Source: Thermodesulfobacteriota bacterium
GTDB lineage: Bacteria; Desulfobacterota; Desulfarculia; JACQYL01
Assembly (NCBI GenBank): GCA_963675595.2
Contig: CAXXLZ010000002.1
Coordinates: forward strand, 96,001 to 160,000
Reading direction: 5' to 3'
Length of the DNA stretch: 64,000 bases
Shown here piece after piece: positions 29,962 to 38,441 of the stretch; the stretch's first letter is position 1, and each line of letters begins with the position of its first letter. The notes under the pieces are model-generated. The model was not told the origin of the DNA, did not search any database, and worked only from the letters and a program-made list of their open reading frames with translations. The translations under genes were made by a program, and so were the position numbers.

Positions 29962-30288
29962 ATGGGCATGCCTCAACGAAAAGCACCAGCGGCGACGAAG
30001 AAGGCGAAGAAGACTTTCTTTCGCAAAAGAGAAGACTTGGGAATGGTGCTTCAAAAGGTGAAGCTCTGGCCTTCGCGGAACGGGACCCTGCATGGAGTGC
30101 GCACCATCGTGGTGAAGGGAGCTTTCATTGATTTCACCACCCATTGCGGCCAGAAGCTACGCATCAAGAATTCGAAGAGCAGCAGGGTGTCCCGGTGGCT
30201 CAGGAACAAGTGGTACGTCAGACCTTGTTCCGGGTGTCGGGTCCCTACATGGAAACTTGAGAAATACTCCCAAACGTCTTTTCGATAA
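29962..30288 (+). CDS. pylSn: Pyrrolysyl-tRNA synthetase N-terminal subunit
   Basis: KLWPSRNGTLHG...THCG...NSKSSRVSRWLRNKW...CSGCRVPTWKLEKY signature. Confidence 0.95.
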   Translation: MGMPQRKAPAATKKAKKTFFRKREDLGMVLQKVKLWPSRNGTLHGVRTIVVKGAFIDFTTHCGQKLRIKNSKSSRVSRWLRNKWYVRPCSGCRVPTWKLEKYSQTSFR

Positions 30289-30343
30289 CCGACGAGTTCG
30301 ATCCTTCGCCGATCGATCTCCACGATGGAAGGTGAAAGTGCCC

Positions 30344-31516
30344 ATGACCGGACGAGACAATCGTCTCACAGCTGTTTTGGACGGAGTGCTGCAAGGAGGC
30401 GCCCTATCCCGCCGAGACGCGGAAACCCTGCTTTCCGCTTCAGACCCTCAGGATGTGGACAGAATTACCCAAGCGGCCCGGATCATGAGGGCGCGGCTTT
30501 TCGCCGACTCCGTTTTTCTTTACGGTTTCGTCTATTTTTCGACCTATTGCAGGAATTCCTGTACGTTTTGTTTCTACCGCAGGGGCAACAAGCAAAGCCC
30601 CAGGTACCGAAAGACCGAAACGGAGGTCAAGGACATCGCCCTCGGACTTGCCGCGTCCGGGGTTCATCTGGTGGATTTGACCATGGGTGAGGACCCATGG
30701 ATCTACGAGCGGCAGGATTACGGCGTACTCTACCGGATAGTGGGAGGCATCCGAGACGCCACGTCGGTTCCCCTCATGATTTCGCCCGGAGCCGTGCCCG
30801 ACGAGGTGCTCCGGACCTTGGCGGCTCAAGGTGTGGACTGGCTGGCCCTGTACCAGGAAACCCACAACCGAAGTCTATACGGGAAGCTCAGAGTCGGACA
30901 GAGTTACGACGAACGGGTGGAAAAGCGGAATCTGGGCGCACGGCTGGGAATGCTCGTGGAAGACGGGATTCTGCTGGGCGTGGGAGAATCCGTGCGGGAC
31001 CGGGCGGATTCCATCATGAACATGCGCTCCGGCGGATCGGACCAGGTCCGCGTCATGAGCTTTGTTCCGCAACCGGATACCCCCCTCGCCGATCGACAAA
31101 CGCCTCCCAGGCGACTCGAGCGCCTTTGCATCGCGGTCATGCGCCTCGCCATGCCGGATCGGCTGATCCCGGCTTCTCTGGACGTGGACGGCATCAACGG
31201 GCTGCGGATGCGTCTCGAAGCGGGAGCCAACGTGGTCACTTCCATCATACCGCCCCGAAGTCGCCTCGCGGGAGTTTCCCAGAGCAGTTTGGATATAGAG
31301 CCCGGTCACAGAACCGTGGCGGAGGTACGGAAGATTCTCGACGATATGGGCATGAAAGCGGCTTCCTTGTCTGAGTATGAATCATGGATGAAACAAAGAA
31401 AGCTGTTGAAAACCGGCCGGTCGGAACAAATCCAAATCGGTCTTTCCGCACTTCCCGACACGCACGCCGGCGACGTACCGAGCCATCCCCTCGGTCTGCA
31501 TCACACATATCCTTGA
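30344..31516 (+). CDS. pylB: 3-methylornithine synthase (radical SAM)
   Basis: FLYGFVYFSTYCRNSCTFC, DLTMGEDP, IPASLDVDG, AGANVVTSIIP; start ATG 30344. Confidence 0.93.
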   Translation: MTGRDNRLTAVLDGVLQGGALSRRDAETLLSASDPQDVDRITQAARIMRARLFADSVFLYGFVYFSTYCRNSCTFCFYRRGNKQSPRYRKTETEVKDIALGLAASGVHLVDLTMGEDPWIYERQDYGVLYRIVGGIRDATSVPLMISPGAVPDEVLRTLAAQGVDWLALYQETHNRSLYGKLRVGQSYDERVEKRNLGARLGMLVEDGILLGVGESVRDRADSIMNMRSGGSDQVRVMSFVPQPDTPLADRQTPPRRLERLCIAVMRLAMPDRLIPASLDVDGINGLRMRLEAGANVVTSIIPPRSRLAGVSQSSLDIEPGHRTVAEVRKILDDMGMKAASLSEYESWMKQRKLLKTGRSEQIQIGLSALPDTHAGDVPSHPLGLHHTYP

Positions 31517-31653
31517 GCCCGAAAGCCGTGAGCCCTGAGACCCCTCGGGGCCCGGAGGAACGCCGACGAGGCAAGACGGCACCCCCTTTCGGCGTCGGCG
31601 GAATCGCAGCAACTGCTGATCCAGCCATAACGCAAAACCTGGAGGTAACCTAA

Positions 31654-32655
31654 ATGACAGCCAAAGAACGAGTCATGGCCGTCCTGAACCACGAGAAACC
31701 GGATCAAATGCCCGTTTTTGGGGCAAATTCCACGGTCACCTATGATCAAATGGAAAAGGTATCCGCTTTCTGGCCTAAAGGTCACGAGGACGGCGAGACC
31801 ATGGCCAAGCAGGCCATGGCCGCTTACACCATGCTGGGATTCGATGCGGTCCGGGTCCCTTTCTGCCAGACCTTCGAAGCGGAAGCTTTGGGATGCAAAG
31901 TCAAGTCGGGCGGCGACAAGGGTATTCCCGGCATTGATCATCCCCCGCCGTACAAGCTCGAGGACACCCCGGCCTTCCCCTCGGACTTCCTTTCCAGAGG
32001 GCGGATTCCCGAGTTGCTCAAGGCCGTCCGAATCCTGAAGAAGGAACTCGGCGACGACGTGCCTATTGTCGGCGGGATCATCGGGCCTTTTACCATCACC
32101 GGGTCCCTCATCGACACGGTTCCTTTGTTGAAGGCCACCTTCAAGACACCGGAAAAGATCCGCCCGTTCATGGAAGTGGCGGAAAAAGCGGGCACCGAAC
32201 TGGCAAAAGCTCTTATCGACGCGGGAGCGGACATCATCGCGGTCGAGGATATGACCGCCTCTCCGGAGCTCATCGCTCCCCAGACCTACGGAGATTACGA
32301 GGTCGAATACCAGAGCAGACAGTTCAAGGCCATCTCAGTGCCCAAGATTCTCCACATCTGTGGAAACGTGGACAAGATCGTGCACTGGATGGGCGAGACC
32401 GGTCCGGATGTCCTCAGCCTCGAGCCTAAGGCAAGTGCCAAACTCGCCCGGGAAAAATGTGGACCGGATATGATTCTCATGGGAGGAGTGGACACGGCCA
32501 CCACGCTGTTCATGGAATCGCCCGAGACGGTGAAAAAAGGGTGCGAAGCCTCCATCGCCGACGGAATCCAGATATTGGCTCCCGGATGCGCCGTGGCTCC
32601 GGGAACGCCCCTTGATAACCTGTTGGCCATGGTGGAAGTGGCTCGGAGCCGTTAA
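31654..32655 (+). CDS. mtbA: MtaA/MtbA/CmuA-family methylcobamide:thiol methyltransferase (UroD fold)
   Basis: GFDAVRVPFCQTFEAEALG, Zn motif LHICG and APGC. Confidence 0.85.
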   Translation: MTAKERVMAVLNHEKPDQMPVFGANSTVTYDQMEKVSAFWPKGHEDGETMAKQAMAAYTMLGFDAVRVPFCQTFEAEALGCKVKSGGDKGIPGIDHPPPYKLEDTPAFPSDFLSRGRIPELLKAVRILKKELGDDVPIVGGIIGPFTITGSLIDTVPLLKATFKTPEKIRPFMEVAEKAGTELAKALIDAGADIIAVEDMTASPELIAPQTYGDYEVEYQSRQFKAISVPKILHICGNVDKIVHWMGETGPDVLSLEPKASAKLAREKCGPDMILMGGVDTATTLFMESPETVKKGCEASIADGIQILAPGCAVAPGTPLDNLLAMVEVARSR

Positions 32656-32688
32656 GTTTTCCGGAATCAAGGCATCCGAAAGGCGTTT

Positions 32689-32898
32689 ATGGAAACAACC
32701 AAGGCCTGCACTCGTTGCGGCAATAAACATACGGACGCGGAGAAAGTCGCAGGGAAGCGTTTGTCCTGTACCGAAACCAAAGAGTTTTGGGCCGACATCA
32801 GTAGAAGACATCTCGAGCTTTACGGTCACCGGGCTCATGCCACGACCAACGAAGCCGGAGAATGGATTTGCTGGGAGTGTAAACGCAGGCTTTGCTGA
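32689..32898 (+). CDS. Small Cys-rich protein (CxxC...CxxC)
   Basis: CTRC and CWEC, 69 aa, co-oriented between mtbA and ramA. Confidence 0.55.
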   Translation: METTKACTRCGNKHTDAEKVAGKRLSCTETKEFWADISRRHLELYGHRAHATTNEAGEWICWECKRRLC

Positions 32899-33143
32899 TT
32901 TAAGCAACTCACCATGAAGAACGGATCGGACCCGGGGGAAGCCCTCTCACTTTTCACCACTCGAAAGAAGGGCATTCCTCGGGCGTGATGAATCCGGCAG
33001 TTCATCGAAAATGTCGGATTCTTGCAGGCGGACCCGACCGTCGCACCCATCCGGATGCACCGGGTTCGCCTCTTTTCTTGCGTTTTGTCGCGGAACACCC
33101 TTGCCGAAATGCACTTTCCACCCGTTTCCCATAGGAAGTGATC

Positions 33144-34820
33144 ATGACCCGCATCGGTATTGCGATAGACCTGGGAACCAGCGGCTTCAGAGGACAGGCC
33201 CTGGATTTGGACCGGACCGGCCGTGTGCTCTCCACGGCGGTAACCGCGAGACATCCCCTGCCCGGAGCCAACGTGATGGATCATCTTCATTGCGCTCTCG
33301 AACTTGGAGTCGAGTGGGCGCAACAGGTGATTGTTTTCTCCGTCAACCGAATAGTCGCCGCTCTCGGCATCGATCCCCAACACGTGGTTCGCTTGGCCGT
33401 GTGCGGGAACCCGATCCAGTTGTCGATCTTTCAAGGGATCGAAATCCGAGACCTGGCCTACGCGGGTAAACGAAAACTCGAGGCATTGGGCGTGGTTCCA
33501 CCGGATCGCGACGCCCGGAAGATCAAGGCACGGGAAATCCCGGGGCTGGCGCTTCCGGGTGAGGCGGAGGTGCTCATTCCTCCGGCGGTCCGACACGAGA
33601 TAGGCGCCGACGCTCTAGCCATGATGATTCGGACGGGCATGCTGGAGAAAGACGAAATCGCCATCGCCACGGATTACGGCACGAACGCCGAAATGGCCCT
33701 CGTGGTGAACGGCACGGTCTACACCGGTTCCACCGCCGCCGGGCCGGCCCTGGAAGGCCAACAGATCGAAGATGGATTGCTGGCCCTGCCCGGAGCGATC
33801 TGCGAGGCCTCCTATCTGCGCGGTAACGCAGCTCCAGGCACCCAAGACGACTGCGGTCGCTTCGGAGTCCGGGTTCTGGACGAAGAGATGACGGCTCGCA
33901 CGGGGAGTACGGTCGATCCCTGTTCGGGAGAAACCCTGGAGCGCGGAGACGTGTCGGCCGTGGGCATAACCGGCACCGGGGTCGTTGCGCTCATCAGTGA
34001 GGGCATCAAGAGCGGACTCATCCAACCTCCGAAAATCAAGACCCCCGACGCCGCGATCCATCTGGCGGACGGAGTGAAGTTCTCGGAGAAGGACCTTTTG
34101 GAGGCCGGAAAAGCCATCGGTTCCGTCCGCGCCGGCCATTTCACACTCTGTCAAGAGGCGGGCATCAACCTCGAAGATGTTGAGGCGGCCTACATGTCGG
34201 GAGCCTCCGGTACGTATGTCAATGCCCTCAAAGCCCAACATCTGGGCATGATCCCTCCTGCCGTGAAGAAGATATATCAGGTGGGCAACACCTCCCTGGC
34301 CATGGCCCGAGAGCTGGTCTTGGATGCGGATGCCCTCTGGAAGATGAAGGAGGTCGCCGACGCCCTCAGACAACACCACTGCATGTTCGCCGTTTCCAAG
34401 ACGTTCGAGAAGGTCTATGTGCTTGAATTGTCCGTTTGGTCCGACGGTCTGACCATTGAGCAATACCGGATGTTCCTCAAGAAGTACAAACTCCCCACCC
34501 TTCCGGAAATCTCCGGCTCGGCCGAGGTCGTGAAAACGGAGGAGAAAGATATCGCCGAAGTGGGGGAATTGGGCCTGACAATCCTTACCGACGCGGGCAT
34601 GAAAAGGACTCTCGTATTCAGTGGCTGTGCCGGGGATTCTCTCTGTGTGGCGGAATGTCCGGAAAATGCACTCCGCATCCACGAAGCGGGAGAGGAGTTC
34701 GCCGTCACCATCGATCTCGCCCTCTGCAACGGTATGGCTTGCCGGAGATGCGAAACGATCTGCAACGAGCGGGCCTTTGACTGGGTGCGTCTGATCACCA
34801 TCGGAACCGGCTCTGCGTAA
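33144..34820 (+). CDS. ramA: Methylamine methyltransferase corrinoid reductive activase
   Basis: AIDLGTSGFR, RHPLPGANVMDHL, TDYGTNAEM, GSTAAGPALEG (ASKHA) plus C-terminal ferredoxin-like domain. Confidence 0.93.
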   Translation: MTRIGIAIDLGTSGFRGQALDLDRTGRVLSTAVTARHPLPGANVMDHLHCALELGVEWAQQVIVFSVNRIVAALGIDPQHVVRLAVCGNPIQLSIFQGIEIRDLAYAGKRKLEALGVVPPDRDARKIKAREIPGLALPGEAEVLIPPAVRHEIGADALAMMIRTGMLEKDEIAIATDYGTNAEMALVVNGTVYTGSTAAGPALEGQQIEDGLLALPGAICEASYLRGNAAPGTQDDCGRFGVRVLDEEMTARTGSTVDPCSGETLERGDVSAVGITGTGVVALISEGIKSGLIQPPKIKTPDAAIHLADGVKFSEKDLLEAGKAIGSVRAGHFTLCQEAGINLEDVEAAYMSGASGTYVNALKAQHLGMIPPAVKKIYQVGNTSLAMARELVLDADALWKMKEVADALRQHHCMFAVSKTFEKVYVLELSVWSDGLTIEQYRMFLKKYKLPTLPEISGSAEVVKTEEKDIAEVGELGLTILTDAGMKRTLVFSGCAGDSLCVAECPENALRIHEAGEEFAVTIDLALCNGMACRRCETICNERAFDWVRLITIGTGSA

Positions 34821-34835
34821 CCCCGGAGGCGAGTC

Positions 34836-35468
34836 ATGATCCAAGAAACCATTATCAGAGCCCTGGTCGTCGCTTTGAAGCGTGTACGAGGCATCAGCGA
34901 GGTCTTGCCCTTGGACGATCAGGATCGTCTGCGTATCCAAGAAGTCGAGAACGAGGCTCAGGAACGTTCTCTCATGGGACTGGGCAAAGTAGTGAACGAC
35001 GGAGTCATCGAGGTTCTGAGTCGCCCCCTCGTTCTGGCGGCTCTTACAACGATGGAGTTCGACTGGGGGCTTCGTCCGAGTTTGGTGCTCAAGAAAGGCC
35101 CCGTCCTGGTGGGCGAGGAGGTTCGAGACCCCGACCGTTTGTCGGAGCTGGGCCGCAATGAAGACGCTTGGTTTATGCACGAGAATTTTGTAATCTACAA
35201 AAGCCGCATGTCCTTCCCGAGAGACCTGCTCACCAAGGACTGCTTCTTCGAGATTCCGTGGTATCCGGCGGAATGGGACGAACTCCAGGGCTTGGGATCG
35301 GGGGCGCCACCCATGATCTACGGCTTTGTGTCTCCCCCCGCGGATGCCTTTCTGAAGGAGAAATATTTCCCCACGGCTGAGGAAAAAGGAATGGGGACCA
35401 TCCTCATTGGAGTGGGCCTCCAACCCGGAGAAACCGACGGCAATCCCGCGTCGCCCGAAGCTGCGTAA
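34836..35468 (+). CDS. Hypothetical protein in methylamine operon
   Basis: RBS GGAGG, 210 aa, directly after ramA. Confidence 0.75.
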   Translation: MIQETIIRALVVALKRVRGISEVLPLDDQDRLRIQEVENEAQERSLMGLGKVVNDGVIEVLSRPLVLAALTTMEFDWGLRPSLVLKKGPVLVGEEVRDPDRLSELGRNEDAWFMHENFVIYKSRMSFPRDLLTKDCFFEIPWYPAEWDELQGLGSGAPPMIYGFVSPPADAFLKEKYFPTAEEKGMGTILIGVGLQPGETDGNPASPEAA

Positions 35469-35502
35469 CTTCCGTGACGCCGTCAATCAGTGAGGTCGCA
35501 CA

Positions 35503-36222
35503 TTGCGAATCGCCATACTACAGCACGATCCCGCCGACGGACCCGGCACTCTCGGCGCTTTTCTGAATGAGGCCGGAACGGATGTGTTCACCGTCAAATT
35601 GGATGCCGGGGAGTCGATTCCCCGGCCTGAAGACTTCGACGTTCTCATCTCAATGGGAGGTCCCATGCATGCATGGGACGAGAACGAGTATCCCTTCCTG
35701 GACGACGAGCTGATCCTCCTCCGGAAGGTCATTCCCGCCGGAGTACCGGTTTTCGGATTCTGCCTGGGCGGGCAACTCATGGCCAAAGCCCTGGGCGCCG
35801 AAGTGCGTCCCGCCGCCAAAACGGAAATCGGATGGAGAAACGTTGGGTTGACGGAGGCGGGACGAAGCCTCTCTCTATTCGACGGCCTGCCCGATGAAGT
35901 CCAGGTGTTCCAGTATCACTATGATACCTTCCAGATACCTTCGGGCGGAGAACTCCTGGCCTCTTCTCCGGACTGCCGAAACCAGGCTTTCCACCGTTTC
36001 AATGCGGTGGGTTTTCAATTTCACGTGGAAGTGGATCGAGCCATGTTGGAAGAATGGTTCAAAGACCGCGAGGATCGAGACGCGGTGCTCGAGGAATTGG
36101 CGCTGCGTTGGCCCACCTTTTCCGCTCAGATGCAGCGTTTCTACACCAACCTGGTGAAACTCGCCGAAGGAATGCTCCGCAAAACGACCACGGAAGAGAA
36201 CGGCCTGCGGAGGGCGTGCTGA
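35503..36222 (+). CDS. Type 1 glutamine amidotransferase-like protein
   Basis: MGGPM, GFCLGGQL (Cys), QFHVE (His-Glu). Confidence 0.88.
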   Translation: MRIAILQHDPADGPGTLGAFLNEAGTDVFTVKLDAGESIPRPEDFDVLISMGGPMHAWDENEYPFLDDELILLRKVIPAGVPVFGFCLGGQLMAKALGAEVRPAAKTEIGWRNVGLTEAGRSLSLFDGLPDEVQVFQYHYDTFQIPSGGELLASSPDCRNQAFHRFNAVGFQFHVEVDRAMLEEWFKDREDRDAVLEELALRWPTFSAQMQRFYTNLVKLAEGMLRKTTTEENGLRRAC

Positions 36223-36300
36223 TCCCTCCACGAACCGATGGGCCTGCTCTGCGGGTCGGCCGATTTTGCGACCCGCTTCGTCATAGGTGACCCCGGAATT

Positions 36301-37770
36301 CTAAAGGGCGCGATTCCGGAATTCGGCATACTGAACCAGGGCCTGCGCCGCCCTCGCCGCGCGATCGGGTTCCGGAAACACCGGGATGCCCTCCTTGAGC
36401 ATGGCCTGCATGGCGTACTCTTCCATACTGCTGAACGTATACCCCACCACCGGTTTGTTCGCCGTCTTCATCAGATCCTTCATGGACACGGCAAGACTCC
36501 CCAGCAGCTTCTTGGTGTGTTCTTCGACCTCCGATTCGGGGATTCCCAACAACTTGACGGATTCGGCCACCAATCGAGAGGGTACTAGGAAGTACATGAG
36601 AAGAATATCCCCGTTTTCGTCTTCAATGAGAGCCTTGGGGATATCGGAAAAGTACTGGAATGGATTCTTGAAGAACGTAATGTCCACGGGATTGTTTACG
36701 CTGGCGGTTGGGGGAATGAACGACCGCAGCTGTTCCACCGTGGAAGTGGAAAGCAGGGGAAGATCGAGTCCAGCGCGGCCGCAGGAGTCCGCCGCAGCGG
36801 CGCCGGGGCCGCCGGAGTGCGTTTGGATGACCACACGGTTTCCCCGCGGGCAAGGCAAGGCTCCCAGCACGGAGCAGAAGTCAAAAAGCTCGGTGACCGT
36901 TCGGGCCCGAATCACCCCGGCCTGTTTGAAGGCGCCGTCGTAAAGGCGGTCCGGGCCGGCCAATGAACCGGTGTGTGAAAAACCCGCCCGCCTGCCCGAT
37001 TCGGACCCCCCGACATACAACGCCACGATGGGTTTGTGGGGAACGATTTCACGAGCCAGCCGGACGAACTCGGCTCCTCTCTTGATTCCCTCGATGTAGA
37101 GGGCGATAACCCGCGTATTGGGACACACTCCCAAATATTCAAGGCAGTCCACGATATCGACATTCGCCTCGTTTCCCACGCTGAAGGCCGTACTGAAGCC
37201 GATCTCCTGCCTCGAAAGGAATCCGAACATCTGGGTGACGAAACTCCCGCTCTGAGAAGCCATTCCGATGAAACCCGGCTTGCCTTCGAAAGGGAGAAAT
37301 GTCGTGTTCAGGCGGTGGTGAGGATTGGCGATACCGATGCAATTGGGGCCTATAAATCGAATTCCATGCTTCTTCGCGGTATCCACCAACTCCTTTTCCA
37401 GGTCTTTTCCTTCTCCGCCCACCTCTCGGAACCCGCCTGAAACCACGATGGCACGTCGGATGCCTTTCTCACCACACTCATCAAGCACTTGCGATACGGC
37501 TCCGGTGGGGATCACCACAACGGCCAGGTCCGGAACCTCGGGCAAATCCGCGACACGACGATAGGCTTTGAGCCCTTGGACCGTTTCGTCTTTGGGATGC
37601 ACGGGATAGATTCTACCGCCGTAGTTCAGGCCGAGTACGGACGATATCAGGCTGGTGCCCATGGAGTTGGGATTGTTGGAGGCACCGAAGAACACAATAC
37701 TCTCCGGATGGGTCATACGGTGGAGGGGACTTTCTTCAGGCGACCGAATCATGGAGTCCTTCCCGTTCAA
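36301..37770 (-). CDS. ADP-forming acyl-CoA ligase alpha-type subunit
   Basis: CoA-binding FGAS, IGPNCIG, SQSG, SHTGSLAG, NNPVD. Confidence 0.88.
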   Translation of the reverse strand: MNGKDSMIRSPEESPLHRMTHPESIVFFGASNNPNSMGTSLISSVLGLNYGGRIYPVHPKDETVQGLKAYRRVADLPEVPDLAVVVIPTGAVSQVLDECGEKGIRRAIVVSGGFREVGGEGKDLEKELVDTAKKHGIRFIGPNCIGIANPHHRLNTTFLPFEGKPGFIGMASQSGSFVTQMFGFLSRQEIGFSTAFSVGNEANVDIVDCLEYLGVCPNTRVIALYIEGIKRGAEFVRLAREIVPHKPIVALYVGGSESGRRAGFSHTGSLAGPDRLYDGAFKQAGVIRARTVTELFDFCSVLGALPCPRGNRVVIQTHSGGPGAAAADSCGRAGLDLPLLSTSTVEQLRSFIPPTASVNNPVDITFFKNPFQYFSDIPKALIEDENGDILLMYFLVPSRLVAESVKLLGIPESEVEEHTKKLLGSLAVSMKDLMKTANKPVVGYTFSSMEEYAMQAMLKEGIPVFPEPDRAARAAQALVQYAEFRNRAL

Positions 37771-37880
37771 TAGCGACGGGGGCGCCTTGAAGAAGCCCCC
37801 GTGCGTGGTTCATTTGCTTTAACCGTTGAGCCCGGAGTCCGGAGAAACCCACGGCCGTGCTCTCTCCAAGCGGTTTTTCC

Positions 37881-38315
37881 TCACAACTCCAGGTCTCGAA
37901 CAGTTGTGAGCATCTCAAGAAAAGAGCGAAGTTCCGGGCCTCCGATGGCCGATTCAAGCTCGGTCTCGAGGGCTCTCACTTCCGAGGTAATCGCCTGGGC
38001 CAGCTCCCGCGTCTTGTCGGTCAGCCGGATCACAATCAGCCGAGCGTCCGTGGGGTCGGGATCTCGCGTAACGTATCCCATACTCTCCAAGCGTTTAATC
38101 ATGGCCACCGCCGCAGCCTTGCCGACACCGGCTTGTTTCGCGAACCGCCCCAGGCTCAGTTCCTGTTCCCGGGCGATGATGCCCAGAGCCATGGCCTGCT
38201 GAACGGTGAGCCCGAAGGGCACAAGAATGCGATTGTACAGGGCCGTGATCTTTTTCATGGCCTGCATCATGGACGTGCAAAGAAAATAGCGAGGCATGGG
38301 GAGATCTGAACGCAT
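37881..38315 (-). CDS. MarR-family regulator
   Basis: GLTVQQ, KRLESMGYVTRDPDPTDAR; start uncertain (38297-38333). Confidence 0.88.
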   Translation of the reverse strand: MRSDLPMPRYFLCTSMMQAMKKITALYNRILVPFGLTVQQAMALGIIAREQELSLGRFAKQAGVGKAAAVAMIKRLESMGYVTRDPDPTDARLIVIRLTDKTRELAQAITSEVRALETELESAIGGPELRSFLEMLTTVRDLEL

Positions 38316-38320
38316 ACAAA

Positions 38321-38336
38321 CGTTTGTTATCAAACG
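38321..38336. promoter_or_regulatory. Palindromic candidate MarR operator
   Basis: CGTTTG-TTAT-CAAACG immediately upstream of marR. Confidence 0.5.
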
Positions 38337-38441
38337 GCCGATGGACGGTCAAGGTATTCTTCCGATGCCGGGGACATCAAAAAGAATCTCATGTTCTTGC
38401 ACATCTTCCGTGCTATAGGTACATTTCGTTCATAAGCACGG

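Noticed and set aside
32896-32990. TGA after the small Cys-rich ORF as Sec
   Set aside because: The extension has no motif or homology cue
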